Assembly (NCBI GenBank): GCA_019423635.1
Contig: JAHZBA010000005.1
Span: forward strand, 5,354-69,353
Direction: 5' to 3'
Length of the DNA stretch: 64,000 nucleotides
Origin: Clostridiales bacterium
GTDB lineage: Bacteria > Bacillota > Clostridia > Oscillospirales > Oscillospiraceae
Both the position numbers and the translations under genes were made by a program. Each line of letters begins with the position of its first letter. The first letter of the stretch is position 1. The notes beneath the pieces are model-generated. The model did no database searches. It saw only the letters and a program-made list of their open reading frames with translations, and was not told where the DNA came from. Positions 57,207-64,000 of this stretch are shown here, piece after piece.

Positions 57207-58709
57207 CTAATCTGTCTTCTCCCATAAAAGCTCCGGCAGCAGCTTCCCCGTTTGGAGGTAGCATTCCACGCACGCCGCGGCCGCCCGCAGGTCCTCCTGT
57301 GCCAGGGATTTGGGAACAGGGGACTGTCCCCCAATTTTGGGCGGAGCGGGGCTGTCACAGTCTGCGTACCGCGGATTTCGCGGCTGATAACAGGCGCCGC
57401 ACTCAAAGTCCTGCAGGGCCAGGGCCGCCCAGCCGTCCCGGATATCCGCCGTAAGCACCAGGTGTTCCAGATCCTGATCCGCTGAACAGGCCAGGGTGCG
57501 GAGTCTGCCCGCTTTGAGATCGTTCAATAGCCTCCGCACCAGCGCCTTGGTTATTTTCTCCCCCCGGCAGATGCGGCCGTTTACGGCTACAGCCTGTGCA
57601 TAGAAGCCGTTTCTGCCCACTGGCAGCGTTTCCTTTGAGAAATAGCAGGCGGGGCCTGAGGGCTCCTCCGCCTCCGGCTCCTCCGTGCGGACGCTGGCCG
57701 CAAGGCGGTCCAGAATCTCATGGTGCAGCAACACGCATTTGGGAGGCAGGGATACCGACTGCAGTGCAGGCAGTTCCTCAAGCAGGGAACAGTCCCGGAA
57801 ATTGCTCTTGCTGACATCCAGATGGACAAGGTGCCTGCATGATTTTAAAAAGGAGAAATCCCGCAGCTCCGAGGCGGGGAGGATCAGCGTTTGCAGCTGT
57901 TCCAGGAATACCAGATCCGAACCGTCATAGAAGCTGGATGCGCTGAGGTCCAGGTATTTCAGCTGCCGGCACCGCAGCAGAAAGGAAAAATTTTCAATGC
58001 AGACGCGGGGAAATTCCAGAAGTTCCAGATGCGGCAGATGGCCCAGAATGCGCCAGTCCCCAGGCGCCGGGCGCAGCCAGCCGGGGCAGGCGGGAGTCCC
58101 CGGCGTAAAGTCCGCTGCCGCCAGCCGAGTGATCTCTGTAAGATCCGCGGGCATCCGGATCTCCCGCCCCAGTGCGCTGCAGAGCCATTGCAGCAGATCC
58201 GGGTCCACAGGCAGCGCCTCCGCTGAGACCTCTTTGTGCAGGCCGTTTTGCAGGAAGTCCAGCAGGAAGTCCGCGGCCTCCCGGCAGGTGTGGAAGATCT
58301 GCCAGCCGGTTTCCTCCAGGGACTGGCTGGTCTCCGCCGGGGGCGGGGAGGAGGGCTTCTTCGGACGGATGCTGTGGTAGAGCAGAGCACTGCGATAGGC
58401 GTCCAGGACCGCTGCCCCGCACCCGCTGGCGTCCCATCCGGAGGGAAACCGGGCGTTTAAGGAGCGAAAGGCCTGGAGCTGCTCAATGCCGACGGGATCG
58501 TTGGGGAAGGGAGAGAGGTAGAGCGAGAGTACGCCGCCCTGCCGGAGTACCTGCCTCAGGGCCTCTTTTTCCGCGGCGATGACCCCGGCCCCTCTCAGCT
58601 GAATGGAACAGCGGTTCCCGCGGCTGACGGCATACGGCTGCAGGGAGGCAGGAACCACCTGGCGGCCCTCCAGAGAGAGGACCACAAGCTGTGCATAGGG
58701 CTGATTCAT
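57207..58709 (-). CDS. Cytoplasmic leucine-rich-repeat protein with C-terminal Imm1-like domain
   Basis: About five 22-aa LRRs (L..L.L....I.dFSFL..C..L); C-terminal P.....D...A...V..Y..TG.L.P...W; ATG 58709 after GGAGG. Confidence 0.7.
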   Translation of the reverse strand: MNQPYAQLVVLSLEGRQVVPASLQPYAVSRGNRCSIQLRGAGVIAAEKEALRQVLRQGGVLSLYLSPFPNDPVGIEQLQAFRSLNARFPSGWDASGCGAAVLDAYRSALLYHSIRPKKPSSPPPAETSQSLEETGWQIFHTCREAADFLLDFLQNGLHKEVSAEALPVDPDLLQWLCSALGREIRMPADLTEITRLAAADFTPGTPACPGWLRPAPGDWRILGHLPHLELLEFPRVCIENFSFLLRCRQLKYLDLSASSFYDGSDLVFLEQLQTLILPASELRDFSFLKSCRHLVHLDVSKSNFRDCSLLEELPALQSVSLPPKCVLLHHEILDRLAASVRTEEPEAEEPSGPACYFSKETLPVGRNGFYAQAVAVNGRICRGEKITKALVRRLLNDLKAGRLRTLACSADQDLEHLVLTADIRDGWAALALQDFECGACYQPRNPRYADCDSPAPPKIGGQSPVPKSLAQEDLRAAAACVECYLQTGKLLPELLWEKTD

Positions 58710-59013
58710 AGGGGATTCCTCCAAAATCAAGGGGGGATTTGACATTGAAGATTCGTATGGAACGGCTCCGCTGACAAAACCGGCGGAAGGAAAATCATGT
58801 CTCCTTTTCTCTTTATCATCATATCAGGTCCCGCGCCGGACCGCAAGAGTTCCCCTCCGGGTTTCCCTCCATGGACAAATCCCACGACAGACCACGGCAA
58901 TTTCCGCAAAACTTCCCCAATTCCACCAAAAGAAATTTCCCAGATTCAGTTGCGCCGACGCGGGGGAGTGTGGTACTATGATAGACAGACAAATGACCAC
59001 AGGAGGCGGACGT

Positions 59014-59454
59014 ATGGCAAAGGTGACCAAATATTACATCGTTGCGGCGGACGCTTTGCCGGAGATCTTCATCAAGGTGGCGGAGGCAAAGCGGATGATG
59101 CAGACCGGAGAGGCGGAGACCGTGGGCGCGGCCACCCGCCGGGCGGGGATCAGCCGCAGTGCGTTCTACAAGTACAAAGACGCCGTACAGCCCTTCAACG
59201 ACATGAAGGCGGAGCACATCATCACCTTCTATGCCATGCTGAAGGACAACACCGGCGTACTGAGCCGGGTGCTGTCGGTGTTTGCCTCCTCGGGGGCGAA
59301 CATCCTCACCATCAACCAGAGCATCCCCACCAACGGCTGCGCGGCGGTAACCATCTCCGCCGGCACCAGCGAGATGGAGGAGAGCCTGGAGCAGCTCCTG
59401 GCGGACGTGGCGGCCCTGGAGGGTGTGGTCCGCTTCGAGATCCTGGCGGGGTGA
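59014..59454 (+). CDS. ACT-domain protein (PheB/UPF0735, ThrR-like)
   Basis: LPEIF.KV..AK, GISRSAFYKYKD, GVLS.VL, NILTINQ.IP. Confidence 0.92.
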   Translation: MAKVTKYYIVAADALPEIFIKVAEAKRMMQTGEAETVGAATRRAGISRSAFYKYKDAVQPFNDMKAEHIITFYAMLKDNTGVLSRVLSVFASSGANILTINQSIPTNGCAAVTISAGTSEMEESLEQLLADVAALEGVVRFEILAG

Positions 59455-59477
59455 CTTTTCTTGTAAGAAAAGTCACC
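59450..59477. repeat. Perfect 13-bp inverted repeat overlapping the stop codon
   Basis: ggtgacttttctt-gt-aagaaaagtcacc. Confidence 0.6.
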
Positions 59478-59658
59478 AAAAGAACTTTAACACGCTGCGG
59501 GCTCTGGGGGTTGCGCGGGCTTGCCGCCCGGTGACGGGAGATGTGCCAAATGGCAGCGGGGCAGCAGCGGAGAAACGTGCTGACAGAGGGAACTTTATGC
59601 GCAGATGCCCATGGTATTTGCGGCAGATGTTTTGTGCAAGCCATAGAGAGGGAGAACC

Positions 59659-60852
59659 ATGATACAGATTGCAATTTTGGGCCTGGGCACGGTGGGAACC
59701 GGCGTGGCCAGGATCGTGGCGGAGAACGCCAGGCAGATTGAGCGGAAGCTGGGGGAGCCGCTGCAGGTGAAGGCCGTTCTGGTGCGGCACTTCAAGGACG
59801 GGCCCTGCCGGCAGCTGATGACGGATGACTTCGCCCGGATCGAGGAGGACGAGGACATCCGGGTGGTGGTGGAGACCATCGGCGGCGTGGAGGCGGCCTA
59901 TGAGTACACGAAGCGGGCCCTGAACGCCGGAAAGCATGTGGTCACCGCCAATAAGCAGCTGGTGGCGGAGCGGGGCTGCGAGCTGCTGGAGCTGGCCCGG
60001 CGGAAAAACGTCCGCTATCTCTTTGAGGCCAGCGTGGGCGGGGGCATCCCCATTCTGCATCCGCTGACCCAGTGCATGGCGGCCAACCGCATCGACGAGG
60101 TCTATGGCATCTTAAACGGCACCACCAACTATATCCTCACCCGCATGGTCCGCACCGGGGCCTTCTTCACCGACGCCCTGCGGGAGGCCCAGGCCAAGGG
60201 CTACGCCGAGGCGGACCCCACCGCCGACGTGGAGGGCATCGACGCCGGGCGGAAGATCTGCATTCTGGCGGATCTGGCCTTCGGCCACCAGGTGGACCCG
60301 GCCCAGGTGCCGGTGGAGGGGATCTCCCGGCTCAGCCTGCGGGATGTGAAGATCGCCCAGCGGGCGGGCTACCGGATCAAGCTCCTGGGCCGGGCGGTGC
60401 GGCTGCCCGGCGGCGGCCGGACGGCCTATGTGGCCCCGCACCTGATCCCCGAGGACAGCCCCATCGCCAACGTGGAGGATGTGTTCAACGCCGTGGTGGT
60501 CCGGGGAAACGCCACCGGCGAGGTGATGTTCTACGGCCGGGGCGCCGGGGAGATGCCCACGGCGTCGGCCTGTGTGGCGGATGTGATGGAGGCCCTCCAG
60601 CAAAGTCCCAGGCAGGAGGCGATCCGCTGGGAGGCCGGGACGGAGGGCTTTGAAAACCCCTGGGAGCTGGAGACCCGGTATTACTTCCGCATTGAGGGGA
60701 GTCTGACGGACGCGGCCATGGCCTTCGGCCAGGTGGAGGTCCTCAGCGAGGACGGCGAGACGGCCTTTTTGACAGACCGGATCAGCGGTATGGCCGCGGA
60801 GCAGCAGTCCGCGTCGCTGAATGTGCTGTCCCGGATGCGGGTGCTGGCGTGA
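59659..60852 (+). CDS. hom: Homoserine dehydrogenase
   Basis: GLGTVG, VVTANK, EASVGGGIP, GILNGTTNYIL, GYAEADP..DVEG.DA..K, GRGAG..PTA. Confidence 0.96.
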   Translation: MIQIAILGLGTVGTGVARIVAENARQIERKLGEPLQVKAVLVRHFKDGPCRQLMTDDFARIEEDEDIRVVVETIGGVEAAYEYTKRALNAGKHVVTANKQLVAERGCELLELARRKNVRYLFEASVGGGIPILHPLTQCMAANRIDEVYGILNGTTNYILTRMVRTGAFFTDALREAQAKGYAEADPTADVEGIDAGRKICILADLAFGHQVDPAQVPVEGISRLSLRDVKIAQRAGYRIKLLGRAVRLPGGGRTAYVAPHLIPEDSPIANVEDVFNAVVVRGNATGEVMFYGRGAGEMPTASACVADVMEALQQSPRQEAIRWEAGTEGFENPWELETRYYFRIEGSLTDAAMAFGQVEVLSEDGETAFLTDRISGMAAEQQSASLNVLSRMRVLA

Positions 60853-60895
60853 GATCGCGCCGCTGCGTATAATGGAAGGGCGGCGAAGCCGCAGT

Positions 60896-60950
60896 AAAAA
60901 GTTTCGCCAGCCTTTACAAAGGCTGCGGGGTGCAGGGGCAGAGCCCCTGC
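60896..60950 (+). repeat. REP-like double-hairpin element, copy 3
   Basis: AAAAAGTTTCG + cagccttt-ac-aaaggctg + gcaggggc-aga-gcccctgc. Confidence 0.8.
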
Positions 60951-61180
60951 CGGGGCCAGGGCGGAGCCCAGGCAAGCGCGCGAGGGCGAAGCCGAGCGCG
61001 CATCCATGATTCATAAGCCCGTCACTGCACACCGAAGAGTTAAATCCCGTTATTCGAGATTCACCTGAAAAGCACCAAAGGGCAGAGCCCTGTATATTTC
61101 AGCAGCGGCCCTCTGTCCTATTGCGCGGCGCGAACCGCCGCATGTTCCTGAAACCAATCTGAGGTAAAGAAGGAAACACT

Positions 61181-62392
61181 ATGAGTTTGATTGTACAGAA
61201 ATTCGGCGGCAGCTCCGTAAGAGACGCCGAGCGCATCCGGAATGTCGCCAGAATCATCGCGGAAACATACTTACAGGGCAATGACGTCATCGTGGTCCTC
61301 TCCGCCCAGGGCGACACCACCGACGAGCTCATCGCCAAGGCGGAGGAGATCAACCGGCACCCGTCCAAGCGGGAGATGGATATGCTGCTGTCCACCGGGG
61401 AGCAGATCTCCGTGGCCCTGTGCGCCATGGCCCTGGAGGCCATGGGCCTGCCGGTCGTGTCCCTGACCGCCTGGCAGGTGGGGATTCACTCCACCTCCGT
61501 CCACTCCGACGCCCGGATCAAGAAGATTGACTCCGAGCGGGTGCAGATGGAGCTGGACCAGCACAGGATCGTCATCGTCACCGGCTTCCAGGGATTGGAC
61601 CGGGCCGGGGACGTCACCACACTGGGCCGGGGCGGCTCCGACACCAGCGCCGTGGCCCTGGCGGCGGCCTTCCGGGCAAACCTCTGCCAGATTTACACGG
61701 ACGTGGACGGGGTGTACACCACGGACCCCAGGATCGTTCCCAATGCCCGGAAGCTGGAGGAGATCACCTATGACGAGATGCTGGAGCTGGCATCCCAGGG
61801 GGCCCAGGTGCTCCACAACCGCAGCGTGGAGCTGGCCAAGAAGTTCAGAGTGAATTTGGAAGTCGTGTCCAGCCTGGAGCGCAAGCCCGGCACGAAAGTG
61901 AAGGAGGTCACCAAAGTGGAGAAAACCAACATTGCCGGCGTTGCCAAGGATACCAGCATTGCCCGGGTCGCCCTGATCGGCCTGGAGCACAATCCCGGCG
62001 TCGCCTTCCAGGTCTTTGACCTTTTGAGCAAGCACAACATCAATGTGGACGTCATCCTCCAGTCCATCGGCCGGGAGGAGACCAAGGACATCACCTTCAC
62101 CGTCCACAAAAAGGACCTGGACGAGGCCCAGGATATTTTGAACCAGCACAAGGAGGCCCTGCGCTTTGACCACATCGAGGCCGACGACAAAATCGGCAAG
62201 GTGTCCATCGTGGGCGCGGGATTGATGAGCAACTGCGGCGTGGCCGCCAGGATGTTCGAGGCCCTCTACGAGGCCGGGATCAACATCCAGATGATCAACA
62301 CCTCGGAGATCCGGGTCTCCGTGCTGCTGGATGAGGAGGACGTGAACCGGGCCGTGAAGGCGATTCACGGCAAGTTCTTCGACGAGGGCTGA
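61181..62392 (+). CDS. lysC: Aspartate kinase (AKII type, two ACT domains)
   Basis: VQKFGGSSV, TTLGRGGSDTSA, YTDVDGVYT.DPR, GAQVLH.RSVE. Confidence 0.95.
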   Translation: MSLIVQKFGGSSVRDAERIRNVARIIAETYLQGNDVIVVLSAQGDTTDELIAKAEEINRHPSKREMDMLLSTGEQISVALCAMALEAMGLPVVSLTAWQVGIHSTSVHSDARIKKIDSERVQMELDQHRIVIVTGFQGLDRAGDVTTLGRGGSDTSAVALAAAFRANLCQIYTDVDGVYTTDPRIVPNARKLEEITYDEMLELASQGAQVLHNRSVELAKKFRVNLEVVSSLERKPGTKVKEVTKVEKTNIAGVAKDTSIARVALIGLEHNPGVAFQVFDLLSKHNINVDVILQSIGREETKDITFTVHKKDLDEAQDILNQHKEALRFDHIEADDKIGKVSIVGAGLMSNCGVAARMFEALYEAGINIQMINTSEIRVSVLLDEEDVNRAVKAIHGKFFDEG

Positions 62393-62403
62393 CGGGGAAA
62401 TTT

Positions 62404-62577
62404 GGAATTAGAAATTAGGAATTAGGAATGAGGAATTAGGAATTTAGGGCTTCGGAATGGGAGTTTGGAGTCAGGCATTGGGAGACAGGCGTAAAGCCAG
62501 GAGTTGATTTTGAGCGAAGAGCTCTCAATATCCCTTAATTCCTAATTCCTAACTCCTAATTCCTAATTCCTAATTCA
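62404..62577. repeat. Inverted heptamer tandem arrays (GGAATTA)x6 ... (TAATTCC)x6
   Basis: Six near-perfect 7-mers at 62404-62445 and six reverse-complement copies at 62536-62577. Confidence 0.9.
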
Positions 62578-62609
62578 TGCAGCGTCTATTATACAGAGGA
62601 GGTTATCCC

Positions 62610-62879
62610 ATGAACGCCATTGTCACCGTTGTGGGCCAGGACCGGGTGGGCATCATTGCCGCCGTCTGCAACTGCCTGGCCGCCAGGAACGTCAACATTC
62701 TGGACATCTCCCAGACCATTTTGCAGGGCGCCTTTACCATGGTGATGGCCGTGGACATCGGACAGGCCACCGCCTCCTTCGGGGAGCTGGCCGCCGCCCT
62801 GGTGGAGCTGGGCGAGGAGATGAAACTGTCCATCCGCATCCAGCGGGAGGAGATCTTCGACGCCATGCACCGGATCTGA
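62610..62879 (+). CDS. ACT-domain protein (UPF0237)
   Basis: [34 protein letters not shown]. Confidence 0.92.
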   Translation: MNAIVTVVGQDRVGIIAAVCNCLAARNVNILDISQTILQGAFTMVMAVDIGQATASFGELAAALVELGEEMKLSIRIQREEIFDAMHRI

Positions 62880-62892
62880 GGGAGGGAGGACC

Positions 62893-64000
62893 ATGCTCAA
62901 TCAAAAGGATATTCTCTCCACCATTGAGATGATCGACCAGCAGCACCTGGATATCCGCACCATCACCATGGGGATCTCCCTGCTCAGCTGCTGCGACGAG
63001 GACCCCGGGCGGGCCTGTGAGAAGATCTACGAGAAGATCTGCCGCTGCGCCGAGCATCTGGTGAAAACCGGGGAGGACATTGAGGCGGAGTTCGGCATCC
63101 CCATTGTCAACAAGCGGATCTCCGTCACCCCCATGGCCATGGTGGCCGGCGCCAGCGAGACGGAGGACTATGTTCCCTTCGCCCAGGCCCTGGATCGTGC
63201 CGCCAGGACCTGCGGCGTCAATTTCATCGGCGGGTACTCCGCCCTGGTGCAAAAGGGCCTGACGAGGGCGGATGAGCGCTTGATCCGCTCCATCCCCGAG
63301 GCCCTGGCCCGGACGGAGCTGGTGTGCTCCTCCGTCAATGTGGGCTCCACCCGGGCGGGGATCAACATGGACGCCGTCCGGCTCATGGGCCGGATCGTCA
63401 AGGAGACCTCCCAGGCGACGGCGGACCGGGACGGCCTTGGCTGCGCAAAGCTGGTGGTGTTCTGCAACGCCGTGGAGGACAACCCCTTCATGGCCGGCGC
63501 CTTCCACGGCGTGGGCGAGGCGGAGAAGGTCATCAACGTGGGCGTCTCCGGCCCCGGCGTGGTATGTACTGCTTTGAAAGCGGTGAAGGGCCAGCCCTTT
63601 GACGTGGTGGCGGAGACAGTGAAGAAGACCGCCTTCCGGGTGACCCGCATGGGCCAGCTGGTGGCCCAGGAGGCCAGCCGACGCCTGGACACCCCCTTCG
63701 GCATCGTGGACCTGAGTCTGGCGCCCACCCCCGCCGTGGGGGACAGCGTGGCCCGCATCCTGGAGGAGCTGGGTCTGGAGACCTGCGGCACCCACGGCAC
63801 CACGGCGGCCCTGGCGCTTTTGAACGACGCGGTGAAAAAGGGCGGCGTCATGGCGTCCTCCTCCGTAGGCGGGCTCTCCGGGGCCTTCATTCCCGTCAGC
63901 GAGGACGAGGGCATGATTGCCGCCGCCCGGTCCGGAGCGCTGTGCCTGGATAAGCTGGAGGCCATGACCTGCGTGTGCTCCGTGGGCCTGGACATGATCG
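62893..64000 (+). CDS. DUF711/UPF0210 PFL-like protein (3' end outside window)
   Basis: Hand translation [31 protein letters not shown]..., [29 protein letters not shown]; open to the window end; follows the UPF0237 gene. Confidence 0.9.
   Translation, partial: MLNQKDILSTIEMIDQQHLDIRTITMGISLLSCCDEDPGRACEKIYEKICRCAEHLVKTGEDIEAEFGIPIVNKRISVTPMAMVAGASETEDYVPFAQALDRAARTCGVNFIGGYSALVQKGLTRADERLIRSIPEALARTELVCSSVNVGSTRAGINMDAVRLMGRIVKETSQATADRDGLGCAKLVVFCNAVEDNPFMAGAFHGVGEAEKVINVGVSGPGVVCTALKAVKGQPFDVVAETVKKTAFRVTRMGQLVAQEASRRLDTPFGIVDLSLAPTPAVGDSVARILEELGLETCGTHGTTAALALLNDAVKKGGVMASSSVGGLSGAFIPVSEDEGMIAAARSGALCLDKLEAMTCVCSVGLDMI

Noticed and set aside
60853..61180. Lysine riboswitch, T-box or leader peptide (MIHKPVTAHRRVKSRYSRFT at ~61006) upstream of aspartokinase
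   Set aside because: No recognisable aptamer or T-box consensus; the small ORF has no RBS and no Lys/Thr run.
62404..62577. CRISPR array
   Set aside because: 7-nt tandem units with no unique spacers and no cas genes.

Overview
GC-rich Firmicute chromosome segment. Gene content and style suggest a Clostridia/Oscillospiraceae-like gut bacterium (inference). Bases 1-39,000 are a late-flagellar/chemotaxis/c-di-GMP region: a degenerate EAL-HDOD gene, an orphan parA plus a ComFB-domain partner, fliD-fliS-fliT-like, a C39-like peptidase, an orphan FtsE-like ATPase, an MCP, an FtsA/PilM-like actin-fold ATPase with beta-grasp repeats, a stand-alone ClpB-D2-like AAA+ ATPase, flgM-flgN-flgK-flgL-DUF6470-fliW-csrA-yjfB, cheA-cheW-cheR-cheB, and a FliK-like/FlhB-like/PilZ/two giant SLH/PilZ run. 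Bases 39,000-46,100 hold a DUF2812 gene, an M20 amidohydrolase with two membrane proteins, and an AgrA/AgrC-like two-component pair. Bases 46,600-64,000 are mostly housekeeping: ddl, murF, ABC-F, YdcF, flavodoxin, prfA, a Sua5-CoaE fusion, M18 aminopeptidase, an LRR/Imm1-like gene, ACT-hom-aspartokinase, and ACT-DUF711 (truncated by the window end). They are interspersed with structured REP-like repeats and an inverted heptamer array. The best candidate for an undescribed system is the ParA + PopZ-like (short N-terminal peptide / acidic Pro-rich disordered linker / ComFB domain) pair, a possible c-di-GMP-responsive positioning module for motility machinery. It may act with the neighbouring orphan FtsE-like/FtsA-like/C39 accessory genes. 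No rRNA, tRNA, CRISPR, transposase or integrase was seen. All family calls come from motif recognition by eye, not database searches.
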